IMG/VR virus record: IMGVR_UViG_3300005529_000043
Location: 1 to 56,427 of that record
Strand: one strand, 5' to 3'
DNA: 56,427 bases
Source: a virus
Lineage: Duplodnaviria > Caudoviricetes
The position numbers were made by a program, and so were the translations under genes. Below the pieces are notes generated by a model that had not been told where the DNA came from, searched no databases, and worked only from the letters and a program-made list of their open reading frames with translations. This document shows, piece by piece, positions 1-10,086 of this stretch (its first letter is position 1; each line of letters starts with the position of its first letter).

Positions 1-3000
1 AACGTCGACGTCGATCGACTGGAGGGATATGCTGTGCGTGCCCCCGCTCGGCGTCGAGCTAATGCGAACATAAGGCGCGATACTCATACCCTCGGCCGCC
101 GTCGTGGGAACGATGTGAACGAGCGTGTTCGGGCGGCCGGGTGTTGCGATCGTAACCGGCCAGATTGTCGCGCTATCGATGATATGACCTCGGACGGCAT
201 CGTAGGAACCGTCCGTTTTCGCCATGCCGGTGATGAATGTCAGCGCGGCATTGGCGCTCGCCTTCACATAAAGTGTTCTGAGGAGCTTCGGCGACTGAGG
301 GAGGGTGAGCGCGAACGGCATTTCTGCAATGGCCGACCCGGTCCATGTTGCGGGATAATCGCAGTTGATAGTCGCGATCTGTGTCGCCGTTGTATCCGCA
401 TAGCTCGCATACAGCGTTCCATCCCCATGCGACGCGAAGAAGACCTGATCGGATCGGAACTTAGAAGGGTCGAGCCGGTTACTCGTGTTGTTTACGAGCG
501 CAAACGACGGCGAGAGGTCGAACTGATAGTTCTCTACCCCGAGCACTTCGCCCGAGAGATAATGTCGCCGGACCTCGCCGGTAAGGAACTTATAGATGTA
601 AAGTGACTGTGGGAGCCCGCACGAGACCCAGTTGACGCCATCGTTCGCAGGCGTGACGTTGGTATTCCCCTGAAGCGCCTTCCACGTTACGCCGCCGCTC
701 GATACGAGGTTCCCAGCGACATACGCGGTCGTACTGCTCCACGGCGCCACGCCGGAAGCCGACGCCCAGAGATCGACGCTGGATGGGAAATACAGCCAAA
801 GCTCGTACCGGTGCGCCAGCATCCCGAGCGAAGCGCGTTTCGCATTCGCATGCCGCCCCAAGCCGGGAATGTATTCATCAAGGTATTTTCGAACGGCCGT
901 CTGTATTTGCGCCGGAAATGGAACGACGCCGGAACCTTCGGCAAAATAAAGGCCGCTGGCGGAGAGGAAGAAGACGACCTTATTCCACTTCTGAATTGCT
1001 GTCCGGCTAATCGCTCCGATCTGCCGGGTCTCCTCTTCGACGCGTGGCTTACTGGCCTGAAGGATCGTAAGCGTCGCGGAGTCTGTCGTAAAGACCCACA
1101 GCTCTCCCAGGATAACTTCCATACCCGTAATCGGAGCGAACGGGTGCGCCCTCTCGACCTGAAGCGGAGGCCACTCGGTCGGAGCGTTCGGAAGCGAATA
1201 AATGTACTGCGGCGGCTCGTAGTAATTTTTTACCGTCTTCGTCGGCCGCGGAGTAATGCCGCTCGGGTCCGAGTACGCCGGAACGCTGTCGGACGAAACG
1301 GCGATCACCGGGTCCGTAACGGGATAGTCTCCGAGCTTAAAATACTTCCTCACGCCACCCGAGTAGCGGCTGACATAGAGCCGGAGCGTCACAATGTCCG
1401 GCGTCATGCCGCGTGGAAGCACGAAAAACATCCAGTCGGCTTCGTCGGAGTCGTGAGCGATCGCGGCGTTATTGAGCGTAATATCCGAAAGATCGGATTG
1501 ATTACCCTGCCCATCGACATACGCGAAGTGGAACGAAATGGTATTGAGTCCGTCGCCCGGTCCGGTGGAGGGAGCGAAATCGGTGCTTGGCGTTAGGTGA
1601 CTGCTTGGGCTGATACCATTATAGACTTTGCCGTCTAAGTACATTGCAGAGACCGCTGGGCCAGGCGTATCAACCCAGTACGTCGTCTTGGTGTTGCCCA
1701 GGACGAGTTTCGTTTGATAATCGCGAACGCGCTGCGCGGAGAATTGACCGACCTCGTACCCATCGTATTGATCGGGGGTGTTGCCAAAATCAATTCCCGT
1801 ATCCGGAATGTCGTCCGTAAAGACCTGCCCCTGCTTGAGGGAACCGATGTAGCCGTAAGTATGCGGCTCGAAGAGTGGATCGTCAGTGACGTTCTTACTA
1901 TCGTCCGGCTCGCTGTGTGCGGTACGAAAGATGAGGATTTCTTCCGTCGTGCTCCAGTCGATCGGGAACGTAGTCGCATCGAACATCGTGAGCGGCGCGC
2001 CCTTGAACTCGCTCGCGGGGCACATCAGTTTGTACGGCGTAACGTCGCCCGGGAACTTCATAACGGCGGGGTCGCCCCACCCCAGATAACGCGCCGTTGC
2101 ATAGTATGGCGTTTGCGTGGCAAGCGGCGCGGACGAGGTACTCAGGCTTCGGAACTTCGCCTGAAGATCGAAGAAGTCGTCTTTCGACGGGAAGAGCGTT
2201 TGACCGGTCGTGCCCGTATGGACCGTCGTGAATGTGCCGTCGCCATTGCCGATCTGCCAAATTCCAGGCCCAGAGTTATCCGGGTCCCAGGAAGAGAGAT
2301 CGGAGAGGTCGAACCAGATTTGCGGGTTCGTGTTCGGGTTCGCGATCTGGTCCGGGAATGTTAATACGCCCGAGACAAGCCGACCCGCGATCGGAGGAAT
2401 ATACATCCGGTCCTCAACCCACAAGTCCGCCGAGGGCTTGGAGTTCCGATATACGGTATTGCCTTTCGCATCGACGCTCGTGCGGACCGCGACGAAGCGG
2501 TATCCCCACGCGCGGCTCTTCGTGTGGTTGTAGAAGTGCGCGCTTGCCGCATCTTCGGGGACGGCGGGGTCGCCGGCGCCTTTCACCCAGGGCGTCTGCG
2601 GCACAATAGAACTATATTCCGGACCGGTCGCGAGGAAGTAGGGCGCGTCGATTGGAACTTTTAAAACTTGGGGATCGCCCGTGATCGGGTCGGGGATGGA
2701 GCTGAATACGTGGAGCTGCCCACCGCTCGCTCCGTGAGAATCGTAGAGGTGATCGTCGTTATTAAAGACGAGCAGATCGCCCGTTGTCTTTCCAACGAAA
2801 GAGACGGTCAATGGGACCGGCGTAAGGTCCTTGCCAAGCGTCGTGACATTCCACGTCGTTCCGCTCGTGATCGGCGTCAGAACGGACGTGGGCTCGAGAC
2901 TGTACGTCGCAACGTCATAGACGCTGACAATGAGCGACGTATTGAGCTGGCACACGCCGACCGTCGGCGGCGTAGGTGGCGTCGTCGTCGTGTCTCCCGC

Positions 3001-3423
3001 GGTAATCGTAGAACTGAGCGTCGCAGTCCAGGAGGTTTCGGCGGCTTTGTCGACGATCGAAAGCGCGACTGCACCCGTGGCGCCATCCCACCACAGCAGG
3101 ACGTTGTATCGCAGGGTCTTCATCGCGCCCGACGTCACATACTCCACGACGTACTCGCACGTCGCGACGGGAACGCTTCCAGCAGGCATCGGGACGAACC
3201 CCGACTCCGGATTCCACGCCCGCGTAATATCGTACTCTTTGATGCCGGTGCGGAGCGTAAGCTCTCCCTCCGACTCAATGCGAAAATTTCGAAGGTCCGT
3301 AAACCGGCCCTTCGAAATTGTGGAGGTGTTCGAGTCTAAGTCAAGGCCAGCAAGGGACGGGATCGATTCCCTGTGATATTCCTGGCCGACCTTGAGGGTT
3401 CTTGGGTCGAGCGGTGTCGCCAT
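1..3423 (-). CDS. Large virion protein (>1140 aa, runs off left edge), probable tail nozzle/stabilization protein
   Basis: ATG at 3423 overlaps upstream TAA (TAATG); manual translation MATPLDPRTLKVGQEYHRESIPSLAGLDLDSNTSTISKGRFTDLRNFRIESEGELTLRTG...; GLD...N...G.L..R.G N-terminus resembles P22 gp10-like nozzle proteins; absent from ORF track, consistent with no stop in window. Confidence 0.65.
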   Translation of the reverse strand, partial: MATPLDPRTLKVGQEYHRESIPSLAGLDLDSNTSTISKGRFTDLRNFRIESEGELTLRTGIKEYDITRAWNPESGFVPMPAGSVPVATCEYVVEYVTSGAMKTLRYNVLLWWDGATGAVALSIVDKAAETSWTATLSSTITAGDTTTTPPTPPTVGVCQLNTSLIVSVYDVATYSLEPTSVLTPITSGTTWNVTTLGKDLTPVPLTVSFVGKTTGDLLVFNNDDHLYDSHGASGGQLHVFSSIPDPITGDPQVLKVPIDAPYFLATGPEYSSIVPQTPWVKGAGDPAVPEDAASAHFYNHTKSRAWGYRFVAVRTSVDAKGNTVYRNSKPSADLWVEDRMYIPPIAGRLVSGVLTFPDQIANPNTNPQIWFDLSDLSSWDPDNSGPGIWQIGNGDGTFTTVHTGTTGQTLFPSKDDFFDLQAKFRSLSTSSAPLATQTPYYATARYLGWGDPAVMKFPGDVTPYKLMCPASEFKGAPLTMFDATTFPIDWSTTEEILIFRTAHSEPDDSKNVTDDPLFEPHTYGYIGSLKQGQVFTDDIPDTGIDFGNTPDQYDGYEVGQFSAQRVRDYQTKLVLGNTKTTYWVDTPGPAVSAMYLDGKVYNGISPSSHLTPSTDFAPSTGPGDGLNTISFHFAYVDGQGNQSDLSDITLNNAAIAHDSDEADWMFFVLPRGMTPDIVTLRLYVSRYSGGVRKYFKLGDYPVTDPVIAVSSDSVPAYSDPSGITPRPTKTVKNYYEPPQYIYSLPNAPTEWPPLQVERAHPFAPITGMEVILGELWVFTTDSATLTILQASKPRVEEETRQIGAISRTAIQKWNKVVFFLSASGLYFAEGSGVVPFPAQIQTAVRKYLDEYIPGLGRHANAKRASLGMLAHRYELWLYFPSSVDLWASASGVAPWSSTTAYVAGNLVSSGGVTWKALQGNTNVTPANDGVNWVSCGLPQSLYIYKFLTGEVRRHYLSGEVLGVENYQFDLSPSFALVNNTSNRLDPSKFRSDQVFFASHGDGTLYASYADTTATQIATINCDYPATWTGSAIAEMPFALTLPQSPKLLRTLYVKASANAALTFITGMAKTDGSYDAVRGHIIDSATIWPVTIATPGRPNTLVHIVPTTAAEGMSIAPYVRISSTPSGGTHSISLQSIDVDV

Positions 3424-4172
3424 TAAAACAAGCCAGCTAAATTCGGGGGCGGGAGCGTCATCTGTGTGTAGTCGGTCTGGTCGGTCTTCGCGGCGGAAAT
3501 CGCAGCCTGGAACTGGGACATCGCGAGATCGTATTCATCCCGATGAACTTTGAGGCCACCCGGCGAGCCCGCGAAAATTTGAGCTTTCACGTACTCCTTA
3601 ATCCCATGCGTCGCGGCGGTGAAGCAGTCTTCCGGACCGCACGACTGCATTTTGTTCGTCGGATCGGCGCCGTACCCAGCCCACTCGTCTTTGTCCGTCG
3701 GGCTGTACGGATTTAAATACGGCGCATAGTTAATCGTCAAGTAGCCCGTCGAGAGATCGAAGGGATAGACGAGTAGCTCTTTCCGCGGCGTAACTGCGAC
3801 GAAGATTTTACCTTGAAGGTAATCGTTCGACGGTGGAATAGGATCGTTTATAGAGGTGCGATTGCTCGCGGCAACACGGTGCAGGTCCTGATACGCCCGC
3901 ACGAAGACGGTCACGAAATCCGGAGTGTCGGTTGTAAGCGACCAGGTGACTTCGTTGAACTGGCGGAAGCCCGCAGGGAGGTCATAGATGCCGTTCGTAT
4001 TGTTCGCGACCAACCCGATTGTCGCCGTCCTCCAGCACGCAGAGGTTTCCTGCTGAAGGATGAACTGGGCGGTCGACATCCATTGCATCGCAATGACACT
4101 GTTCAACCACGCCACCGGCACAACCTCTTTCGTTTCTGTTCGCGCCTGCATATAAATTTCAAACCACGTCAT
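3423..4172 (-). CDS. Head-tail adaptor/ring-like protein 5
   Basis: N-terminal helices (WLNSVIAMQWMSTAQ), YDLPAGF motif, beta-rich middle, C-terminal helices; position after capsid. Confidence 0.55.
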   Translation of the reverse strand: MTWFEIYMQARTETKEVVPVAWLNSVIAMQWMSTAQFILQQETSACWRTATIGLVANNTNGIYDLPAGFRQFNEVTWSLTTDTPDFVTVFVRAYQDLHRVAASNRTSINDPIPPSNDYLQGKIFVAVTPRKELLVYPFDLSTGYLTINYAPYLNPYSPTDKDEWAGYGADPTNKMQSCGPEDCFTAATHGIKEYVKAQIFAGSPGGLKVHRDEYDLAMSQFQAAISAAKTDQTDYTQMTLPPPNLAGLF

Positions 4173-4181
4173 TTTGGAACG

Positions 4182-4859
4182 TTAGGAAGTGGTGGGAATT
4201 TCTGCGCCGTAGAGCCGGAGAGGCGTGTTGGCGTCTCGGATCGCATTAATCGCGTCGCTTAACGTCTGGAGACCTTTCGAGACATCGCTCGGGTTATCGA
4301 CGAGGAGGTTGTGGCGGAGGCGCGCTAACCGGACCGCTTCCAAAATAACCGGCTGCTCGAAGGTCCACGGAATAATTGCGAAGTGTCCGTTCCCGGGGTC
4401 CGTGATTTCCGTCGTTTCGTCGTCGATGAATTGAAACGTCCAGATGTAGTGAAGCGTAACGCTCATCACCGACTGCGGCCGGAGTTTGAGCACGGTCGTG
4501 TCGATGCGGCACACCGGATTCGCGGCCGTGCCGCCCTGGAACGGATTGTTGGCGACGTTAATGTATTCGCGATGCCCAAGAATGCGCGCAGCTCCCTCTT
4601 TCGCACCGCTTACTTCGACCAGGAGGCCCTTGTAGAAGTCGGTGGGAAGATCGAAAGTCCCTTCGTTGGTCGTCTGCGAAGCCTGGGCGATGGTAACCGA
4701 CTTCGTGTAAAAAGTCTGGTCGGCTCGAAGTGCGATCGGGTAATAAAATTGCAGCGCCTTATTCACCAACTGCTTTGCGGTCGGCTGGTCGAGGCTAACC
4801 GCGGTGGCCGTGTGCTTACAGCGAATAAGCACCTGGTAGATCATGTTGTCGAGAGTCAT
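4182..4859 (-). CDS. Head-tail adaptor/ring-like protein 4
   Basis: MTLDNMIYQV..LVNKALQ..FDLPTDF..IIPWTFEQPVILEA pattern typical of adaptor rings. Confidence 0.6.
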   Translation of the reverse strand: MTLDNMIYQVLIRCKHTATAVSLDQPTAKQLVNKALQFYYPIALRADQTFYTKSVTIAQASQTTNEGTFDLPTDFYKGLLVEVSGAKEGAARILGHREYINVANNPFQGGTAANPVCRIDTTVLKLRPQSVMSVTLHYIWTFQFIDDETTEITDPGNGHFAIIPWTFEQPVILEAVRLARLRHNLLVDNPSDVSKGLQTLSDAINAIRDANTPLRLYGAEIPTTS

Positions 4860-4868
4860 GGGAGCTTT

Positions 4869-5534
4869 TTAGACGGAGCCGGACGACTCGGTGCGAGAAT
4901 TCAGCATTTGGTTATCAAAGAGGCCCTCGTAGAATGCCTTGTTCTGCGTAAGGACCTCCGCGGCCTGCTGCTGCGTGAGGAGGTAAGCTTTCTCTTCGGG
5001 AAGAAGCTGCTCTAAGGTGTATTCAGCGGCAAGTTGATGGATCGCGCTCTCCGACTGATACGGCATCGTGTCGTACGTCGCGTCGGGAATTGTCGAGCCG
5101 AACATCTTCGGCTGACGCGGGTAGTAGCCCAGCGTAATCGTCAGGCCCGAGGGCAGCGTGTTAACTTTCTGGTTCTCGAAGAAAATCGAAGGCGACGTGT
5201 TGGACGCGAGACAATAGGGATTCGTCTTTCGCGTACCGATTTCTTCCGTGTCGATGTACGAGAGAGGATACTCCACCCCATTGTTGACGTACACTGCGTC
5301 GTTGGCGTAGGCCGTGAAGTCGGACGGGAGCGACGCTCCGTCGGCGATAGAAATGTACTTTCTAAAATCCGATTCGTTAGCGATGACGTAGGTCCTCCAG
5401 ACGTAGTCGCGAGCGTACTCTACGTTCGCGTCAATCAGGGCGTCGTCGTATTGAATGTCCTGCGCGAAGGCCATGAGGAGGGTCTTAACTTTCGCGCGAC
5501 GCTGACCCTTGTTATAAAGGCTTTGAGCTGGCAT
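4869..5534 (-). CDS. Head-tail adaptor/ring-like protein 3
   Basis: DDALIDANVEYA..SLPSDF..LGYYPRQP..MPYQSESAIHQLAAE. Confidence 0.6.
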   Translation of the reverse strand: MPAQSLYNKGQRRAKVKTLLMAFAQDIQYDDALIDANVEYARDYVWRTYVIANESDFRKYISIADGASLPSDFTAYANDAVYVNNGVEYPLSYIDTEEIGTRKTNPYCLASNTSPSIFFENQKVNTLPSGLTITLGYYPRQPKMFGSTIPDATYDTMPYQSESAIHQLAAEYTLEQLLPEEKAYLLTQQQAAEVLTQNKAFYEGLFDNQMLNSRTESSGSV

Positions 5535-5546
5535 AGGGCAAGGGAA

Positions 5547-6113
5547 TTAAAGTCGACCGCCGGGGATGAAGTCTTCTGTCATGAGCGCTTTATGCACCCA
5601 GTCGACTCGGATTTCGTCGTAACCTGCGGGCGGCAGGATGGGGAGATCGGCCTGAAAATTTGCAAGTGTGGGCTCCGTCAGAAGCGTAAGGCCGATGGCG
5701 TTCCCCGAGAAGACAACGGTTCCCGAAACGAAGGAATAGAACGCGGCGTCGTCGGAGGTTACGTCCGCCATTTGATAATACATGGCGGGATCGACGGGGA
5801 CGGCCGGGACCCAGAGACTGTCGCCTACGTTCCTTTGAATCGCCGCGCCGAGAACTTTGACGGTGTTGCTTGGTAGTACGGCTCCATTGCTATACGTAGC
5901 GACAGTGATAGCCGTACTGCCAATAGCTTCAAGTTCCTCGGGAGGAATCTCGCGTAAGAGCTGACAACTGATTTCATAAAGGAGGAGCTCGACGTCAGCC
6001 GGGTCCCAGTACGGATTGAACTCTTCGTTCTCCGACGGCGTGCTGAACAGTTCGGCTTCGCGCTCGCGCTGCGCGATCGAGTCTTTGAGGTCCGCCCAAG
6101 TTACTTGCGGCAT
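5547..6113 (-). CDS. Head-tail adaptor/ring-like protein 2
   Basis: Same layout: N-terminal helices, VLPSN, LTEPT..LPPAGYDEIRVDWV. Confidence 0.5.
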   Translation of the reverse strand: MPQVTWADLKDSIAQREREAELFSTPSENEEFNPYWDPADVELLLYEISCQLLREIPPEELEAIGSTAITVATYSNGAVLPSNTVKVLGAAIQRNVGDSLWVPAVPVDPAMYYQMADVTSDDAAFYSFVSGTVVFSGNAIGLTLLTEPTLANFQADLPILPPAGYDEIRVDWVHKALMTEDFIPGGRL

Positions 6114-6704
6114 TTAGGTGAACGAGAGAAGTTTGCGCTGGAACTCTTTATTGAAATAATTCCACCGGTCGACCGCGTCCCGATCTTCCTGCGCCACAAG
6201 CTCGCGGCAGGCGAGCGTTTTAACCAAGTGATAAAAACCATCCGGGAACGGCGTGAGCGTCGCGCCAGAGTTCCCGATCGCCGGCGGGAGGGACCAGTAG
6301 ACCATCGTGTCGGCCGACCCGTACGCCAGCCCCCCTTTGACGTAAATGAAGTTCGGGCCGAAGCTACCGCCGCGTGTGCGAAAGGCATCGCCGATGCCGA
6401 CTGGAACTTTAGGAACGAACTGATACGGGGAATTCTTATATCCGCAGAGGCAGTACCAATAGTCCGAGGGGACGGCCGTGCCGGCGCCGAGCGAGGCGGT
6501 GACGGCAGCCGTTTTGAGTAGGCGTGCTACAATAACGTCCGGCGTATGTGGCGCGTGGATCATCGCGCGGCACAGATCAGCCTGCGCGACGGTCAGCGCT
6601 CGTGCGATGCTGGCGTCCGTATAGAAACGGGCGGAGGTGGAGGCCCCCCGCCCGGCATCGTTCAGCAAATATCGCGCGCGGGAAATTAAGTCCGTATCGA
6701 GCAC
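6114..6704 (-). CDS. Head-tail adaptor/ring-like protein 1
   Basis: LISRARYLLND..FYTDASIARALTVAQ..VPSDY..YWSLPP..FPDGFYHLV. Confidence 0.6.
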   Translation of the reverse strand: MLDTDLISRARYLLNDAGRGASTSARFYTDASIARALTVAQADLCRAMIHAPHTPDVIVARLLKTAAVTASLGAGTAVPSDYWYCLCGYKNSPYQFVPKVPVGIGDAFRTRGGSFGPNFIYVKGGLAYGSADTMVYWSLPPAIGNSGATLTPFPDGFYHLVKTLACRELVAQEDRDAVDRWNYFNKEFQRKLLSFT

Positions 6705-6713
6705 GGCGCGGAA

Positions 6714-7286
6714 TTATTCTTGCGGGAGGTTGACTTCCGGCATGGCGATCGCGCTCACGCCATCTACCGCGTTAACAGCAAGGAGTGGATTCTCGGAGAG
6801 AACTTTTTTACGGGCCTCGATCTCCGTTCGAGCCGCTCGATCGCGACCCAGGCGAGCCAGGTCCCTTGAATCCTCATTCGTCACTTCGAGCAGGTCGAAG
6901 AAGAGGCCGTAGGAGGGGTCGACGATCAGCGCACGGACGATGTCTTCCGACTTGAAGCCATCGCGTACCGCCTGATTCACGTCGGTCCGACACGGGAGCT
7001 TAAAGACATAAATCTTCTCCTCGTGCCCGAACATATTGTCTTTCGTGAGGACCGGCTTCGAGAGCGCCACCTGAATACTTCCGCAGTCCGGCGAAGTGGT
7101 CTCATCCGTGATAGTGCGACCCGAAGGGGCCTGGAACGATTCGCGCTTGACGGTGCTGATCGGAACAATGAGCGCCCGCCGAAACGGAAGGTCGTCGTCC
7201 TGATCGAACTGCGGAGAGGCGAGGGCCGCGGCCTGTTCGCGCGCCGCTTTGGTGACGCGTTTATTGCCGGCTAATTTGCTTGGCAT
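6714..7286 (-). CDS. Hypothetical phage protein
   Basis: 190 aa ORF in late operon directly after capsid gene. Confidence 0.6.
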   Translation of the reverse strand: MPSKLAGNKRVTKAAREQAAALASPQFDQDDDLPFRRALIVPISTVKRESFQAPSGRTITDETTSPDCGSIQVALSKPVLTKDNMFGHEEKIYVFKLPCRTDVNQAVRDGFKSEDIVRALIVDPSYGLFFDLLEVTNEDSRDLARLGRDRAARTEIEARKKVLSENPLLAVNAVDGVSAIAMPEVNLPQE

Positions 7287-7310
7287 AGGGTAACTTTTTA
7301 GTGTGGGGAT

Positions 7311-7353
7311 TAAAAAAGAGGGTGGGCCTCCAGGGACGGAGGCCCAGCACCCT
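7311..7353 (-). terminator. Rho-independent terminator after major capsid gene
   Basis: Minus strand GAGGGTGCTGGGCCTCC-GTCCCT-GGAGGCCCACCCTC-TTTTTT. Confidence 0.8.
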
Positions 7354-7366
7354 CAGAGCGAAGACC

Positions 7367-8581
7367 TTAGTTGGGGTTCTTCAGGATCGCGTGCGAGGTC
7401 GCAAAGCGAGCTTCGACGCCATAGCGCGAGCTGAGCGCGATCGAGTGACCGGCCTGACGCGGGAGCGAGGTGTCTTTCACCTCCATGAAGTTCGGACCGA
7501 ACTGGCGGAGCCAGATGAACTTCGGATCGACGACCAGGATGCCGTGCTTATACGGCGCGACCTCCCAGAACTCCTTCTCGAGCATTACGAGAATCTTGAA
7601 GTTCCCGAAGAGCGTGTACTGGGCGATGTCAATGCCGTAGGCTTGACGGCCCATCTGAAGCACGCGGACCTTGTCCTTTACGAACTGGTTCAAGTCGAGC
7701 GCGGCATCCGGACCGAACAAGCCGATCTTCGTGGAGCTACCCGAATACTTGTTGTTCCAGACGGCCGTGCGAAGGAACGTGTCGAACTTCGACTCCGTAA
7801 GGGAACCCGAGAACGTTTGCACGTTGCCAGGATCGACGGTGTTGATGACGCCACGCGTACCGCGCAGAGTACCAGTAAAGGACCCGTTGACGCTGGCCTG
7901 GGTATATCCAGTCGCAACGAAGTATTGTCCGAAGAGGACGTTGCGCTCCATATCGCAGCGGAACTGCGTGATGGCCGCCTCTTTGTCCATCTGGAACTTA
8001 TTGCCGTAGTACGTCGGCGAGTACATCATTTCCTCGGTGATGTCGACCGAATAGGACGTCGAGGTAATGCTGTTGCTCTTGAAGGTCGGGCGCGTACCGC
8101 GGGCATCCGGGTAGTAGCCGCCTTCCACGAGGATGTTCCCACAGGAGACGAGAGTGTAAGGACCCGTGACCGCAGCGATATTGCTTCCCGTCGGGAAAAG
8201 CATGAGCGTCACCGTGGACGTGGTGCTCGTGCGGCTTACGACTGCGTGCGTGACAAAATACTGTCCGCTGGTAGCCTCGAAGAATGCGTCGCCAACGACG
8301 ACGGTGGGCGAAGAGACGATGACGTTCTCCGTCGGATTGCCTCCGACGATCGAAGCGGTCACGACGTTCGTGCCGTAGTCATACTGTTGTTCCTGCCACT
8401 CGAAGGTCGTTTGGCTGGTTGGCTTCAGCCGGCCTTTGGTCTGGGACAGGAACGAGGTTAAAGGGGAGGACTCACGATCGTAAGTCGTGACGTCTCGGGC
8501 AACTTCACGAATGAGGTCGTTGCCACCGAGAGAAAACGTGCCAACCGTCGACACGCTGGGCGTGCCAATAAAATTAGCCAT
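7367..8581 (-). CDS. Major capsid protein (SU10/DUF5309-like, HK97 fold)
   Basis: 404 aa; SPLTSFL..TTFEWQE, N.ITS..V.IT, DMERNVLFG, RGTRGV motifs; follows scaffold, precedes strong terminator. Confidence 0.85.
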   Translation of the reverse strand: MANFIGTPSVSTVGTFSLGGNDLIREVARDVTTYDRESSPLTSFLSQTKGRLKPTSQTTFEWQEQQYDYGTNVVTASIVGGNPTENVIVSSPTVVVGDAFFEATSGQYFVTHAVVSRTSTTSTVTLMLFPTGSNIAAVTGPYTLVSCGNILVEGGYYPDARGTRPTFKSNSITSTSYSVDITEEMMYSPTYYGNKFQMDKEAAITQFRCDMERNVLFGQYFVATGYTQASVNGSFTGTLRGTRGVINTVDPGNVQTFSGSLTESKFDTFLRTAVWNNKYSGSSTKIGLFGPDAALDLNQFVKDKVRVLQMGRQAYGIDIAQYTLFGNFKILVMLEKEFWEVAPYKHGILVVDPKFIWLRQFGPNFMEVKDTSLPRQAGHSIALSSRYGVEARFATSHAILKNPN

Positions 8582-8644
8582 AGGTGGTAGCTGGGACTAA
8601 GAGAGTTGAATGGCCGGCGCGGGAGGATGCGCCCGCCAAAGGAA

Positions 8645-9910
8645 CTATTGTGCGGAAGCAAGGAGCTCTCCGATCGCGCCGAAGACACCGTCGTCTTCGT
8701 GGACGGCTTCCGAGGGGACGGCGTTCGTCGCCACGGGGCCAGCGCTGATCGGAGGGTTAGGTGCCACGTCCAACTTAGATTGTGCGAGCGTGGGAATTTC
8801 CGGAGCCGCTTTCTTTGCCGTAAATGCGCTCAAGTCTGCCTTGAGGACGATGAGCGACATATCGTTTTCAGAAATCGGATTTTTCGAGAGCCACTCGCGA
8901 TCGGTGACGTTGACTTTTAAGCCAAGCGCCGAAGCCGTGAGCGCCGCGCCCAACTCCTTCTGTTGCTCGGGGGTGAGCGTAGAGGGATCGAACTTACGCT
9001 CGGCAAGAAGATACGTATGAGCGTTTTTAAGAAGCGCCTCGTTCTTTTGCAGCGTGGCCGTCGCCGAAGCGCTGGCTTCGTTGCGTTTACGAGCCTCTTC
9101 CTCTTCGGCCGCACGTTGCTTTGCAGCTTCTTCTTCGCGTTTCGCGCGATCTGCTTCGATCGCGTCCTGGGCCCCTTTCGCGCTGACGTGGTAGAGGTGT
9201 TTCCCATACCATACGTCGTACTCGGGGGTGCCTGGGGTGAGGTCGTCGGGCTGGTCTTGTAGATAGTATTCTACGGAGCCCGGTTGTGGCTTGGAGGGGG
9301 TGGCCGGTGTCACAGGGGCCGGGTTCACACCCAGCGCGGCCTGCGCCGCTTGCAGCGCCTTCTGAGGATCGTTCGTGCGGTTGAGCGTAACCAAATACGC
9401 GCTCGCACCCGGGTCCTTGTCGGCAAGATCGAGCCAGCCTTTCGCCTGCGCGATCGTCTGCTTGTCGGCAGCGACTTTCTCCTTCTCTTTATTTAGTTCA
9501 CCTACCCGCTCGTCGTACTTCGCTTTGAGTAGCGTTCCGCCGATGACCTGATGCCACGGGGCGGTCGAGCCGTCGGGAAGTTTTACGAGCTGGTGCGGAT
9601 CGATCGAGAGGGCCTGAGCCGCCGTCTCGACTTTATTTCCCTTGTCATCGACAACGGAACCGTCCGTCTGTTGGGTGAGCGTTGTGGTTCCCGCGCCTGC
9701 TTCGGGCGTGGTTTGCGATTTCGTCTCTTCGGCCGTCGCGGATTCATTCGAATTTGTCGCGGGCGTTGGTTCAGATTTCGCTGGCACGTTTGCGTCGGTG
9801 CCGGACGCGGTCTTTGCTTCCGGGGCTGGGAGCTTATCGTCGGTGAAACCACCCGACATGAGCTCGCCTATCGCTTGTCCGGGATCGACCTCTTCAAAAA
9901 CATTCTCCAT
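8645..9910 (-). CDS. Capsid scaffolding protein
   Basis: Acidic low-complexity N-terminus, coiled coils, directly upstream of capsid gene. Confidence 0.7.
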   Translation of the reverse strand: MENVFEEVDPGQAIGELMSGGFTDDKLPAPEAKTASGTDANVPAKSEPTPATNSNESATAEETKSQTTPEAGAGTTTLTQQTDGSVVDDKGNKVETAAQALSIDPHQLVKLPDGSTAPWHQVIGGTLLKAKYDERVGELNKEKEKVAADKQTIAQAKGWLDLADKDPGASAYLVTLNRTNDPQKALQAAQAALGVNPAPVTPATPSKPQPGSVEYYLQDQPDDLTPGTPEYDVWYGKHLYHVSAKGAQDAIEADRAKREEEAAKQRAAEEEEARKRNEASASATATLQKNEALLKNAHTYLLAERKFDPSTLTPEQQKELGAALTASALGLKVNVTDREWLSKNPISENDMSLIVLKADLSAFTAKKAAPEIPTLAQSKLDVAPNPPISAGPVATNAVPSEAVHEDDGVFGAIGELLASAQ

Positions 9911-9913
9911 AAA

Positions 9914-10048
9914 GGGGACTACGTGTGGGTGTGGGAGCCTTCATCGCTGCGACGTATCCACGCGGGGGCCGCGGTTTCGACGAAGGCGGGTTGGGGTTAT
10001 ATGTAAGAGCGGCGGAGGAGCGCGACCCCCTCCATAATAAGAGTCCCC
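9914..10048 (-). ncRNA. Structured 5' leader of scaffold/capsid genes
   Basis: GGGGACT/AGTCCCC closing stem ending 3 nt before ATG; inner GCCTTCGTCG/CGATGAAGGC stem (G-U favours minus strand); GGAGG/CCTCC hairpin. Confidence 0.45.
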
Positions 10049-10086
10049 ACAAACTCTACGTTTACGCGCTTGCGCCGCATAAACTT

